Below, piece by piece: positions 47,063 to 57,526 of a stretch of 64,000 nucleotides of DNA. Under the pieces are notes generated by a model. It was not told where the DNA came from and ran no database searches. It saw only the letters and a list, made by a program, of their open reading frames with translations. Source of the stretch: Alkalispirochaeta sp. (GTDB lineage Bacteria > Spirochaetota > Spirochaetia > DSM-27196 > Alkalispirochaetaceae); contig CBDESZ010000018.1 in the NCBI GenBank assembly GCA_965242725.1, positions 320,001-384,000 of the forward strand, read 5' to 3'. The position numbers and the translations under genes were made by a program. Position 1 is the first letter of the stretch. Each line of letters begins with the position of its first letter.

Positions 47063-47839
47063 ATGACCGATACAAACCGTCAAACAGTCGTCATCGGTGA
47101 CGTTCACGGTCACCTCTCCGCGCTCACCTCTCTGCTGGAATCTCTGTACGGAGAGTATGGTGTCACAGGCGATACTCATGACATCGTTCTCGTCGGCGAT
47201 CTCGTGGACCGCGGCCCCGACAGCGCCGGAACCGTCGCCTTTGTACGGGAAAAGGTCCGGGACGGTACCCTTCACTGCATCATGGGCAATCACGACGAGA
47301 TGTTTCTCCAGGTTCTCCTGCTCCAGCGGCCCGAGCTTTTTGCCGAAGCCGGCGTGGACGTTGACCCGTTGATGCCCACCGTGGCGGAGTTCGCCTTTGC
47401 CCCCGATCGCGTGCTGGAACACTGGCTCTCCCAGGGCGGCCGGACGACGATACGCAGCTATGACGGCACTCCCTCGCAGCCCGGGACGTGGGTTATTCCC
47501 CCTGAAGATATCTCGTTCCTCGCCTCCCTCCCCCTCATCTGGCACAAGAATGAAATAGTCGTCACCCACGCACGGGCGACCGGATCGGCGATAGCGGAAG
47601 CGGAACGGAAACTGGATGACCCGTGGCGGGTTTCACCCCCTTCGCGCACGTCCCTATTGTGGAACCGGGATACCGTTCCTTCGGTGACAACGGGCGTCCA
47701 TGTGTGTGGCCACACTCCCCGTACCGCCCCGCTGCGGGACGGAAGGAGCGTGGAGATCGATACGGGGTGCGTCTACGGGGGTACGTTGACCGCCTTTTTT
47801 GTAGAGGAAGATCTTATTCTCGGACTTCCCTGTGGGTAG
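47063..47839 (+). CDS. Calcineurin-like metallophosphoesterase (PPP/PrpA-like)
   Basis: GDVHG, GDLVDRGPDS, GNHD, THA, GHTP, DTGCVYGG. Confidence 0.9.
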   Translation: MTDTNRQTVVIGDVHGHLSALTSLLESLYGEYGVTGDTHDIVLVGDLVDRGPDSAGTVAFVREKVRDGTLHCIMGNHDEMFLQVLLLQRPELFAEAGVDVDPLMPTVAEFAFAPDRVLEHWLSQGGRTTIRSYDGTPSQPGTWVIPPEDISFLASLPLIWHKNEIVVTHARATGSAIAEAERKLDDPWRVSPPSRTSLLWNRDTVPSVTTGVHVCGHTPRTAPLRDGRSVEIDTGCVYGGTLTAFFVEEDLILGLPCG

Positions 47840-47943
47840 ACCTGCTAATTTCCGACATTTCCGTACCTTACGTGACGTTTAATACTTGCTTTTCCCGTCC
47901 TAATAGGGGATTTTTAGTAGAAACGATCGCACAAGGAGGAAAT

Positions 47944-48954
47944 ATGCGAAACGTTCTTATTGCATTGTTGTTGGTTTTCGTTCTTACCGGAATGGTGACG
48001 GCCGGCGGCCAGGGCGAAGCGGAATCAAGCGGCCCCACCTTCGTAACCATCGGGACGGGCGGCGTAACGGGCGTTTACTATCCCACCGGAGGCGCGATCA
48101 GTCGAATGGTCAATGCAAAGAGTGCGGAATATGGAATCCGGGCATCCGTCGAATCCACCGGCGGCAGCGTCTTCAACATCAACGCCGTCATTACCGGCGA
48201 CCTGGAATTCGGCATTGCCCAGTCGGACCGACAGTACCAGGCGATGCGCGGCATGGCCGAATGGGACGGAAATCCCCAGGAAAAACTGCGATCCGTATTT
48301 GCCATTCATCCCGAGTCCATTACCCTTATTGCAACAGAAGAGAGCGGAATTCGCTCAATCGCCGACCTTGAGGGCAAACGGGTAAACATCGGCAACCCCG
48401 GTTCCGGACAGCTCCAGAACTCCATTGATGTTCTCGGCGCCTTCGGAATGAGCGAAGATGACGTCATCGCCGAGCAGGTTGGTGCCGTTGAAGCGCCGAG
48501 TCTTCTCCAGGACGGGCGCATAGATGCATTCTTCTATACAGTCGGTCACCCCAACGGAAACATCACCGAGGCGACAAGCGGCCGGATTCGCGTCCGCATC
48601 GTCGATATCGCAGGACCTCAAGTGCAGGATCTCATCGAGGAGAGACCCTACTACGCGGAGGCGACGATCCCTGCCAGCTTCTATCCCCAGGCAACCAATG
48701 AGTCCGATGCGACCACGGTGGGTGTCAAGGCTACCCTGATCACCTCTTCCGACGTCTCCGAGGACGTGGTATATGCCATTACCAAGGAGGTATTTGAAAA
48801 CTTTGAGGAGTTTACCTCCCTCCACCCGGCATACGCGGTCCTCACAAAAGAGAGCATGCTTCAGGGATTGTCGGCACCACTGCATCCCGGCGCCGTCAGG
48901 TACTATGAGGAAGCGGGAATGATCGACATGATCAATCCTGCGATCCTGCCGTAA
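47944..48954 (+). CDS. TAXI-family TRAP solute-binding protein
   Basis: AGGAGG SD; TGGVTGVYY, STGGSVFN, GNPGSG, PLHPGAVRYY. Confidence 0.93.
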   Translation: MRNVLIALLLVFVLTGMVTAGGQGEAESSGPTFVTIGTGGVTGVYYPTGGAISRMVNAKSAEYGIRASVESTGGSVFNINAVITGDLEFGIAQSDRQYQAMRGMAEWDGNPQEKLRSVFAIHPESITLIATEESGIRSIADLEGKRVNIGNPGSGQLQNSIDVLGAFGMSEDDVIAEQVGAVEAPSLLQDGRIDAFFYTVGHPNGNITEATSGRIRVRIVDIAGPQVQDLIEERPYYAEATIPASFYPQATNESDATTVGVKATLITSSDVSEDVVYAITKEVFENFEEFTSLHPAYAVLTKESMLQGLSAPLHPGAVRYYEEAGMIDMINPAILP

Positions 48955-48987
48955 GTGTTGTAATACGGAAGAATTTCACAATGTGTC

Positions 48988-49012
48988 GTCTGCGCCCGCA
49001 TCGGGCGCAGAC
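48988..49012 (+). other. Intercistronic stem-loop (likely mRNA stabiliser)
   Basis: GTCTGCGCCCG-CAT-CGGGCGCAGAC perfect 11-bp stem without a U tract. Confidence 0.6.
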
Positions 49013-49032
49013 CTATGTTGCAGGGAGGTTGA

Positions 49033-51084
49033 ATGGCGGAAAACCGGGAACTAGAGCGGATACTACAGGAAGAGTCGGGAATAACCCGTATTTACCGCAA
49101 ATTCGATTATTACTTGATCAGTGCCATCAGTCTGGCATGGGCGCTGTTCCAGCTCGCCCTCCCGCGGCTGCTGATACTGGACAGCGTCACCATTCGGGCG
49201 ATCCACCTCGCCTTTGCAATGGCCCTCGTCTTTCTCGGCGTTCCCTTTACACGCAAACGGGCCCGGGACATTCCCGGCCTGCATTCACTGAAACATACAC
49301 CTCTCATCGATTATTTCATCGCCTTCGCGGCGGTTATATCGGCCCTCTACATCGTACTTGACTGGGAGGGCATTTCTTCACGGATGGGTATGCCCATATC
49401 CCGGGATATCGTCTTCAGCGTCATTTTAATCGTTCTCCTCTTTGACGCGTCCCGTCGGGGTATCGGCATTCCCATGGTCATTATCGCCCTCATTTTCACC
49501 CTCTACGCCTTCTACGGCCGGAGAATGCCCGGCGTGCTTGCGTGGCGCGGCGTGAGTCTCACCCGCTACACCTCACAGATCGTCCTCTCCACGGAGGGTA
49601 TTTACGGCATTCCCCTGGACGTTTCCGCCAGGGTGGTGTACCTCTTCGTTATGTTCGGCGCCCTGCTTGAGACGTTCGGGGCTGGACAGTTCTTCAACCA
49701 GATTTCAATTTCCCTCCTCGGCCGGTTCAAGGGAGGACCCGCCAAGGCCGCCGTCGTTTCAAGCGGTTTTACCGGGCTGGTCAGCGGCTCGAGCATCGCA
49801 AACGTCGTAACAACAGGTACATTTACCATTCCCCTCATGAGGAAGGTCGGTTATCCCGCCAAGACCGCCGCGGCGACGGAGGTCGCTGCGAGTACAAACG
49901 GACAGCTCATGCCGCCGATCATGGGAGCGGCGGCGTTTATCATTGCCGAGTATCTTGCCCTGTCCTATTTTGAGGTCATTCGTGCCGCCATCATTCCCGC
50001 GGTGGTCAGTTATATTGCCCTCTTTTACATCACTCATCTGGAGGCGTCGAAACTCGGCCTGAAGGGGCTGCCTCCCGCGGAAATTCCCCGATTGCGGGAT
50101 GTGCTGAAGGGTGGATTTCACCATTTGGTTCCCCTGGCGGTACTCATATGGGAACTTGCAGTTCTCCGGAGAAGTCCGAATCTTGCCGTTTTCAACGCCA
50201 TCGTTATTCTCGTGGCGATTTACGTCGTCAGGGAGTTCATTGAGGCAGTCCGCAACAGGGAAACCCTGACAGGAACTGCCCGTCGGATTGTCTCCAGTAT
50301 CGGAACGGGACTTATCAACGGAAGTAAGAATATGCTGCCCGTCGCCCTGGCAACGGCGACTGCGGGAATCATCGTGGGCATCGTAAATATGGGAATAGGC
50401 AGTCGCATCGTCCAGATGGTCGAGGTTCTTTCCCAGGGCAACGTCTTTCTCCTCCTCGTCATCACCGCCTTTGTCAGCCTCGTTATCGGTATGGGATTGC
50501 CCACGACGGCAACCTATATCGTCATGGCTTCAATCACCGTTCCCGTCATCACCCAGCTGGGCGGCAACATCGGCCTTGTCATACCGGCAATAGCGGCACA
50601 TCTTTTCTGCTTCTACTTCGGTATTCTTGCCGACGATACTCCACCGGTCGGGCTTGCGGCGTACGCAGCGGCGGCGATCGCAAAGTCGGATCCGATCCCG
50701 ACGGGGATCAAGGGTTTTATCTATGACCTGCGGACGGCGGTGATCCCCTTCATGTTCGTCTTCAACCCCAAGCTGTTACTTATCGGCTCACAGGGGTGGT
50801 TGCAGGGAATGACCATATTCGTTACCGCCGTCATGGGCATGCTGGCATTTACAAACGCCGTCCAGGGATGGGCACTTGTCCGCAACAAGTGGTATGAAAT
50901 TCCCCTCTTCCTCGCGGCGTCATTTCTGTTCTTTCTGCCCAATGTCGTCGTTGACTATCTGGGATTTCACGAAGACCGGTATATCTTCGTCTATTTTGCG
51001 GGAATTCTCGTCTACGGTGCGGCGTTCGCCATTCAACGTCTGCGCATACGTCTCATCGACACCGACGGTGCCACGGCAGCGTAA
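49033..51084 (+). CDS. TRAP transporter fused (4TM/12TM) permease
   Basis: GGPAKAAV, SGSSIANVVTTG, ASTNGQLMPPIMGA, GMGLPTTATY, TPPVGLAA. Confidence 0.94.
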   Translation: MAENRELERILQEESGITRIYRKFDYYLISAISLAWALFQLALPRLLILDSVTIRAIHLAFAMALVFLGVPFTRKRARDIPGLHSLKHTPLIDYFIAFAAVISALYIVLDWEGISSRMGMPISRDIVFSVILIVLLFDASRRGIGIPMVIIALIFTLYAFYGRRMPGVLAWRGVSLTRYTSQIVLSTEGIYGIPLDVSARVVYLFVMFGALLETFGAGQFFNQISISLLGRFKGGPAKAAVVSSGFTGLVSGSSIANVVTTGTFTIPLMRKVGYPAKTAAATEVAASTNGQLMPPIMGAAAFIIAEYLALSYFEVIRAAIIPAVVSYIALFYITHLEASKLGLKGLPPAEIPRLRDVLKGGFHHLVPLAVLIWELAVLRRSPNLAVFNAIVILVAIYVVREFIEAVRNRETLTGTARRIVSSIGTGLINGSKNMLPVALATATAGIIVGIVNMGIGSRIVQMVEVLSQGNVFLLLVITAFVSLVIGMGLPTTATYIVMASITVPVITQLGGNIGLVIPAIAAHLFCFYFGILADDTPPVGLAAYAAAAIAKSDPIPTGIKGFIYDLRTAVIPFMFVFNPKLLLIGSQGWLQGMTIFVTAVMGMLAFTNAVQGWALVRNKWYEIPLFLAASFLFFLPNVVVDYLGFHEDRYIFVYFAGILVYGAAFAIQRLRIRLIDTDGATAA

Positions 51085-51107
51085 CCGTTCAGCGTTCGCC
51101 CCGAAGA

Positions 51108-52214
51108 TCACGCCAACAGCCGGATTCTACTGAAAACGTAATCCAGGCTGTCTTCGTTGATGACGACCCGTGTAAAGGGCGTCTCGCCGAGGGGTTCGGC
51201 TACACCGGTCCGATACTGGAGTCGTTTTTGCCGGATCCCGCGATCGTACCAGTAAACGAGACGTATCCGGCCGCCTTCTATCTCCAGGGCGGTCATTCCT
51301 CGCTTACCCAGAACGCAACCTGAGTTAAACAGGCTGGGTACGAGAAAATGCTTCTGATAGAGGCTCGTACTGTCCTGGGCACGCTCCTCGTCGTCATCGA
51401 TTTCCATCAGTTCCTCTTTCAGAACCGCGATCTTTGCCTCGATTTCCCTCTTCTCGGCCGCCTCGCTCCGGGGAAACACACGACAGAGTTGTTCGATTTC
51501 AAATTGTATTTCGTCGTATTTCGACATGGACTCAAAGAGCGGCCTGTGGGTATGACCGATGACGGCGACGATTTTCCTGTCGACGGCAAACTCGTACGCC
51601 CGGCGCTCGGCCTTGAGTTTCTTGGTACTGTTGGCGGCGATCGTGTAGTTGCCGATACGCAACGGATTGGCGAGGTACTTCAGGACAAGGCGGATCGTGT
51701 TATTGTGCCGTTCGTATCGCCGCGACGTCTGATGACCGTGAAAAATGAAAAGCTCACCGCTTGGGTATAGATATCTCAGTCCCTCATAGATCGGCTCGGT
51801 GAATGTGGCGGGCCAATCCTGGCTTCCGTGCATTGCCAACCCCGACACGGCTGGCCCCCCTTCCAGAAGGTCGAGATCGTGGTTTCCGACGACCCGCGTA
51901 ATGCCGCCGGACGAGGCGATATCAGCCAGTGCGTGATATACATCGGGCCACCGTTTCACGATAGAGCGCATCGGGTAGCGCTGCAGGTCCTCCACATCGC
52001 CGTTGAGAATGAGATGGTACATTCCCGGCCCATAGTATCGCCGAATAACCGCCGGAAAGAGCTCGCCGTTGTGAACAAAGTCGTCGGTCCGGGATCCGTT
52101 GCCCATGTGAAGATCGCTGATTATCACAATCCGGTCGTCATCCGTGAGCGTGCGAAGGGGGACCCGTTCATAGAGCGTTCTCAAGTTGTCATTACTGAAG
52201 TCATGGGCATTCAT
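51108..52214 (-). CDS. Calcineurin-like metallophosphoesterase
   Basis: SDLHMG, LNGDVE, GNHD, FHGH, GHTH, FNSG. Confidence 0.85.
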   Translation of the reverse strand: MNAHDFSNDNLRTLYERVPLRTLTDDDRIVIISDLHMGNGSRTDDFVHNGELFPAVIRRYYGPGMYHLILNGDVEDLQRYPMRSIVKRWPDVYHALADIASSGGITRVVGNHDLDLLEGGPAVSGLAMHGSQDWPATFTEPIYEGLRYLYPSGELFIFHGHQTSRRYERHNNTIRLVLKYLANPLRIGNYTIAANSTKKLKAERRAYEFAVDRKIVAVIGHTHRPLFESMSKYDEIQFEIEQLCRVFPRSEAAEKREIEAKIAVLKEELMEIDDDEERAQDSTSLYQKHFLVPSLFNSGCVLGKRGMTALEIEGGRIRLVYWYDRGIRQKRLQYRTGVAEPLGETPFTRVVINEDSLDYVFSRIRLLA

Positions 52215-52238
52215 ACTCTATAGTATAGGAACAGGATA

Positions 52239-52252
52239 TAACATTTTTGTTA
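52239..52252. promoter_or_regulatory. Inverted-repeat candidate operator
   Basis: TAACA-TTTT-TGTTA in an AT-rich divergent intergenic region. Confidence 0.4.
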
Positions 52253-52326
52253 CATTCTGCATATGCCGAAACATTAATAGGGATGTCATGTTTATTCCCT
52301 GCGGCTATAATGATGGATGGAGCGCC

Positions 52327-54147
52327 ATGCGACCGAAATATATAACGTACGAGACAAAAGAACGGGAAGAATTCCTCTCTCAGACGGGTAATTTTTCACC
52401 AAGTGAGCGGGATGCCTTTCACAAGCTCTGCCAGAACTGGCAGGAGCGTATACCGTATAACCGGTTCACCCCCCTGCTCAATCGCGGGGACGGGGCAACG
52501 ACGTCCGACCTGGTCACATTGATGACCAAACTGCGTGCCGCCGGGTATGGAATATTGCGGACCGCCGTCAAGGAAGGTCAGCGATCGAGGGATGCGATCA
52601 TCCTTACCGACAATTACAGCGAACGCTTCGTATCGGAACTGCTGGATGAATACTTCAACGACCTCCTTGAGTCGATTTCGAATCCCCTTCCTCTCCTCTC
52701 GTCGTTGAATGAGGATTTTGACGATTTTCCCGCAGATCGATTTGTCTACGTCCCTTCAGACAAGATTGCACGGGAATATACAACCCAGGAGAATCCGGAA
52801 ACGCCCCTCGCCATAGAGAGCGTGGACAGCGATCGTCTGCTCATCACGCGGGGGAAACTACGTCCCTGTATTACCGTGTCAATGCTCAAGTTGCGTTATT
52901 ATCTTTCAAATACATCTCTCCTTGAGCTGATGTCGCGCTTCCTCGATACGAGTCTTATCGCCCTGAAGCAGAAGGTATCCGAGAAGGATCCCCAGGTCTG
53001 GCTCGCCGTTTCGCAGAAAATAATCGACAAAAGGAAGGAAATTGAAGCGCTGCGGAATATCCGTGTGGACAGGAACTTTTTTCACGCCGCATGGCTTCTG
53101 AAACGGCTTCTCGAATCGCAGATTGCCGAATCGGAACAGAAGAAACGGGACGCTGAGAACCGGAAAGTCGACATGGAAGCGATCGCCATGGCAGTCAAGG
53201 AGGCGCCTGAAGGATGGATGACTCAGGAGCAATTGACACGAACCCTCGATCGGTTGAAGGACAAATACGGCGATTCCTATGAAGAGGTGGTAGAAGAGTT
53301 CTATGAACGGTACGTCCGTTCCCAGGGCAATAAGAACACCCTTCCGAAGATCGTTGTGCTCAATGAACGGTATTTGCATCGGGACAAGATATTTGCCCTC
53401 TTTCTCGCCCATTTTCGAGAGACCGAATCGGAAGTGAAACCCTACTTCGTATCCCTCATGGAGTCTCAATTAAAGAACGGCGCTCCCGGCGAGGACACCA
53501 CCTTCGTCGATCTGGACAATTTTGACCACGCCATTCAGGAATATATTCGCAAGGCAAATCCCTTTCTCTATTCAATGATCGAAAAGCCTTCAATCCTTGC
53601 CGAGGGAATGATCCTCCACGCCAAACAAAACAAACTGGCAAAGGATGTCTCGGAGCTCAAACAGCGACTGGCGATCTATTTTGACCCCGAGTCGATGAAA
53701 CCGTTACCCATGCACGAGTGGTTCAACCTCCGCCTCCTTGAAATTTTTGAGACCGCCTTTGAAAGACTTCCCATACTGCGTCGGATATGGATCCGCCTGA
53801 CCGGACGGTACGAGAGCTTTCGCAGCCGATATATCAGTCAATCCGCCATTCATCGGCAGGAGCAGCTTGAAAAACGGCGCGCCGCTGAGCGAGCGCAGGG
53901 AGACAACAAAAAAGATGAGGGAGAACGCGGCGGCAACGGAGCATCTTCCGCGGGCCGTCGCGCTCCCGACGGAAAAGGAAGACCCGCCCACGTCGGTACG
54001 CACCGGCGTTCCGCCGCCACACAAAGAGGCGCGAACGGAAGTTCCGGTTCCAGGAAAAACGATAAGGACCGCCGGGGATACTCAAAGAAACAGGTCGACA
54101 GCGCGTGGGAGCAGTTCGGAAGCACCATCAAGAAAAAAGACGAATGA
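52327..54147 (+). CDS. Large helical hypothetical protein (about 606 aa)
   Basis: TATAAT and GGAG upstream of ATG 52327; no recognisable catalytic motif; disordered C-terminal tail. Confidence 0.7.
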   Translation: MRPKYITYETKEREEFLSQTGNFSPSERDAFHKLCQNWQERIPYNRFTPLLNRGDGATTSDLVTLMTKLRAAGYGILRTAVKEGQRSRDAIILTDNYSERFVSELLDEYFNDLLESISNPLPLLSSLNEDFDDFPADRFVYVPSDKIAREYTTQENPETPLAIESVDSDRLLITRGKLRPCITVSMLKLRYYLSNTSLLELMSRFLDTSLIALKQKVSEKDPQVWLAVSQKIIDKRKEIEALRNIRVDRNFFHAAWLLKRLLESQIAESEQKKRDAENRKVDMEAIAMAVKEAPEGWMTQEQLTRTLDRLKDKYGDSYEEVVEEFYERYVRSQGNKNTLPKIVVLNERYLHRDKIFALFLAHFRETESEVKPYFVSLMESQLKNGAPGEDTTFVDLDNFDHAIQEYIRKANPFLYSMIEKPSILAEGMILHAKQNKLAKDVSELKQRLAIYFDPESMKPLPMHEWFNLRLLEIFETAFERLPILRRIWIRLTGRYESFRSRYISQSAIHRQEQLEKRRAAERAQGDNKKDEGERGGNGASSAGRRAPDGKGRPAHVGTHRRSAATQRGANGSSGSRKNDKDRRGYSKKQVDSAWEQFGSTIKKKDE

Positions 54148-55403
54148 ACCCGTTGAATCATCACAATATCCACGACGTCGCGATTGTCGGCACCGGCCTG
54201 CACGGAATGCACCTTTATATTCGCCTCGGCGCCGACGGAGGTTTCACAGACAGCGGCATCGCGACCATCGATCCGTGGGATACTCCCCTGCACCTCTGGC
54301 GCAGACGCACGTCAAATACGACGATGGAGTATCTCCGCTCTCCGGCGAGTCACGGTCTCCATCCGCGGTTTCCCACGATCCGGCGATTCCAGCGGACACA
54401 CGGTGAGGAGTTACCCGACGGAGAACCCTTCACACCACCCTACCATCGCCCGTCCCTTGCACTGTTCAACCGGCACGGGGAATACGAAATCGCCCGCGCC
54501 GGCATCCGCCGGCACCACATAACCGGCGTCGTAACGGAGATCGGACGGAAGGATCGTCTGGGGGAGTTGCACATCCGTCGCCGCGACGGCGGAACGGAGA
54601 CGGTCACCGCCCGAAGCATCGTCCTTGCTCCGGGCCAGCCGCCGCCGTGCATCCCGACTCCCTTTCGTGAGCTTTCCGACCGTCGTCGGATCTCCCACAT
54701 TTACGCGACCCGCTTTCCCCTTCATGAAATCGCGAGCTCGCCTGACGTCGCGATAATCGGCGGGGGCATTGCGGCAATTCACCTTGCGCTATATTTGTCG
54801 AGTCGTAACAAGCCGGTCGATCTGTGGTGCCCCCACGCCCCTGAAACCTATCACTACGACAGCGATCCCTGTTATATCGGACCGGGATGCGGAACGGATT
54901 TCCGGGAAATCCCCTCCTATACACGCCGTCGATCGATCATTTCCGCGGAACGTCGAAACGGGAGTGTTCCCCCCGACCTTGCAGCCAGGCGACGTGAGTC
55001 TGTCGCGGAGGGGCGAATCCGCCTCATACCGCGGCGAGTCACCACCGCCGAATCCGACGGGACGGGAGTACGTATCGGAGGGGATGAACCGGAGCACAAA
55101 CGGCGCTACTCACACGTCGTGCTCGCAACCGGATTTACCGCGGGACCTCCCGCTGCCGGGCTCATCAGCCGTACGGCGAAGGGGCTGAATCTTCCCCTCG
55201 GACATGACGGATATCCCATCGTAACTGAAGAGCTCCGCTGGAGTTCCGGCGACACCGCCGAGGAGCCGCCGATATACTGTATGGGTGCGCTGGCCGAACT
55301 TGAGATAGGTCCACCCTCCCGAAACATCATCGGCGCCCATCTGGCGGGAAGACGCATCGTTCCCGCCCTCAAAAGCGTGCTCGGGACGGTGAATACCCGC
55401 TGA
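54144..55403 (+). CDS. FAD/NAD(P)-binding oxidoreductase (N-hydroxylase-like fold)
   Basis: IVGTGLHG, YLRSP, IIGGGIAA, LATGF; ATGA overlap with the upstream gene. Confidence 0.8.
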   Translation: MNPLNHHNIHDVAIVGTGLHGMHLYIRLGADGGFTDSGIATIDPWDTPLHLWRRRTSNTTMEYLRSPASHGLHPRFPTIRRFQRTHGEELPDGEPFTPPYHRPSLALFNRHGEYEIARAGIRRHHITGVVTEIGRKDRLGELHIRRRDGGTETVTARSIVLAPGQPPPCIPTPFRELSDRRRISHIYATRFPLHEIASSPDVAIIGGGIAAIHLALYLSSRNKPVDLWCPHAPETYHYDSDPCYIGPGCGTDFREIPSYTRRRSIISAERRNGSVPPDLAARRRESVAEGRIRLIPRRVTTAESDGTGVRIGGDEPEHKRRYSHVVLATGFTAGPPAAGLISRTAKGLNLPLGHDGYPIVTEELRWSSGDTAEEPPIYCMGALAELEIGPPSRNIIGAHLAGRRIVPALKSVLGTVNTR

Positions 55404-55518
55404 GTACTTGATGCCGTTCCGGCACGGTGCGACGCAGGGACGACGGCATTCCGGCAACCGTTTCGCATACAGTGTCGCGGCACCCGAAACTGCCGAAAAA
55501 ATATCCGGCTGACGTGAT

Positions 55519-57411
55519 CTATTTCTGTACGAATGCCTTGAACTCATCCTCGGTGATAATTGGGACACCCAGCTCCCGGGCCTTCACGATCTTGGATGAT
55601 CCGCCTTCGGTATCGTTGGTCACCAGATAGGTCAGCTGCCGGGAAACTCCCGATTTCGCCTCCCCCCCGAGGGAACGGACAAGACGCTCCGCCTCGCTGC
55701 GGGTGTAGGAATTCAACGCACCGGTAAAGCAGAAACTCATACCCTCCAACGGCGCGGAGAGCCCGGTTGGATCGCCCCCGCTCTCTCCCTCGATTGTGAG
55801 ACCGCTTACCTGAAGGAGACGGTCCATCTGGTCGGCGACGACGTCCAACCCTTCGCCGATCTGCCGCGCCGTGATCTCACCGATTCCGTCGACGGCGGCC
55901 ATCTCTTCCACCGAGGCGTTGCGCAGCTTCTCCAGGGAGTTGAAGCCTGCCGAAGCGAGTTTCCCGATGGTCAGCTCGCCGATACCACCGATGTCAAAGC
56001 CGGCGACAAACCGGGAGAGGGATACGCTGCGAATCTGTCTCAGATTGTCCAAAACCTTTCGAGCGCTGATTTCTCCAACACCTTCAAATGCAGCAAGGTC
56101 TTCCCAGGTCAGCCGATAGAGATCGGCGATTTCCCCCACGAGTCCCCCGTCAAAGAGCTTGGTCAACAGGGCTTCGCCGAAATCACGCACATCCAGGACA
56201 TCCAGCCATTTTCGCAGGCGGTGGTACGCTCTCCGGGGGCACGCCACGTTGGGGCAGTAGAGGCGCTTGCCTTCGTTGACAAGTTCACTCCCGCAGGTGG
56301 AACAGGTGTGGGGAATGGATATCTCTCTGCCGCCATCCAGATGGCGAACGAGACGCTCGATTTTCGGAATGATATCGCCCCGTTTGGTGATGACCACCTC
56401 GCTTCCTATGCGGAGGTCCATATTTCGAATCAACTCCGGGTGAACGAGACTTGCCCTGCGGACCGTGGTTCCCGCGAGTCGTACAGGATCGACAATTCCT
56501 ACGGGAGTGTAGAGATGTCCCGACTCACTCCACTCCACCTCACGAAGCACGGTGATCGCCTCCTCCGCGGAAAACTTGTAGGCGATCTGTTTTTGCGGCC
56601 GTGAACGCTGCATATCGGCAATATCAACATCGGGCCCCTTCACGACAAGGCCGTCGATATCGTAGTCCAGGGTTGCCCGCTTTTCTGCGACGACGTCCCG
56701 AAAATGAATTACCTCCTCGGGGTCCGTAAAAAGGTCGTAGGGGACGACGTGGAACCCCCGTTCACTGAGCCACAGCAGCTTGTCCGCCTCACGGAGAAAC
56801 TCCCGTGTACCGCCGTCGCTATGTGCGTCGTAACACATGACATGCAAATGCTCACTGCCCACACCGTCTTTCCGTTTCATAAGTCCGTTGGCGGCGTTCC
56901 GGCAATTGGCCTTGTCGGAGTAATAGCGGCGGTGAATGTCATGTTCCATAATGACCTCGCCGCGGACGGCACCGGTAAACGGCTCGTCAAGGGTATGTAT
57001 CACCCCCTGCATCCGCCTTACGTTGTCCGTGATGTCGTCACCCCGGGTTCCGTCGCCCCGGGTCACGCCGTACTGGAGTTTGCCGTCCCGGTACTGCAGC
57101 TCGATACTCGCACCGTCAAGTTTGTACTGGACGATAAACCGGGTATGCCCGACCTTTTGCGCCCATTTCCGGAATTGGTCGGCGTTTGACGCCTTGTCCT
57201 GACTTCCCATGGGCATCAAGTGGGCACGCTTGGCAAACCCTCCGGCGCGATCGGTTCCGACCTCGGAAAAGATCGGGTGATCCGGCGCCAATGAACGCAG
57301 TTCGTCCCAGAGCCGGTCAAACTCCTCATCGGCTATTTCCGGCTGGGCGTTGTAATATCTGTCCTGATGGTAACGAATTGTTTCCTCAAGTTCCGAGATC
57401 CGATCACTCAT
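55519..57411 (-). CDS. ligA: NAD-dependent DNA ligase
   Basis: KLDG, TRGDG, VRGE, RNAA, DGLVVK, C4 zinc finger, HhH motifs, BRCT. Confidence 0.97.
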   Translation of the reverse strand: MSDRISELEETIRYHQDRYYNAQPEIADEEFDRLWDELRSLAPDHPIFSEVGTDRAGGFAKRAHLMPMGSQDKASNADQFRKWAQKVGHTRFIVQYKLDGASIELQYRDGKLQYGVTRGDGTRGDDITDNVRRMQGVIHTLDEPFTGAVRGEVIMEHDIHRRYYSDKANCRNAANGLMKRKDGVGSEHLHVMCYDAHSDGGTREFLREADKLLWLSERGFHVVPYDLFTDPEEVIHFRDVVAEKRATLDYDIDGLVVKGPDVDIADMQRSRPQKQIAYKFSAEEAITVLREVEWSESGHLYTPVGIVDPVRLAGTTVRRASLVHPELIRNMDLRIGSEVVITKRGDIIPKIERLVRHLDGGREISIPHTCSTCGSELVNEGKRLYCPNVACPRRAYHRLRKWLDVLDVRDFGEALLTKLFDGGLVGEIADLYRLTWEDLAAFEGVGEISARKVLDNLRQIRSVSLSRFVAGFDIGGIGELTIGKLASAGFNSLEKLRNASVEEMAAVDGIGEITARQIGEGLDVVADQMDRLLQVSGLTIEGESGGDPTGLSAPLEGMSFCFTGALNSYTRSEAERLVRSLGGEAKSGVSRQLTYLVTNDTEGGSSKIVKARELGVPIITEDEFKAFVQK

Positions 57412-57447
57412 AGCGTTACTATAGCGAAAATGGGCGGGGTGGACCAT

Positions 57448-57526
57448 AAAAAAAGCCTGCGAGGAAAGGAGGTAAACCTCGCAGGCAAGACACTGCCGAC
57501 TCACTGTAACAAACAACGATCAGGCA
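57448..57526 (-). ncRNA. Two-hairpin element (lipA terminator and candidate sRNA with anti-SD loop)
   Basis: Bulged hairpin at 57494-57526, then GCCTGCGAGG-TTTACCTCCTTT-CCTCGCAGGC-T7; terminator role well supported, sRNA role inferred. Confidence 0.45.

Noticed and set aside
57465..57500. Plus-strand perfect SD as the RBS of a small toxin peptide
   Set aside because: No start codon at suitable spacing and no hydrophobic small ORF follows
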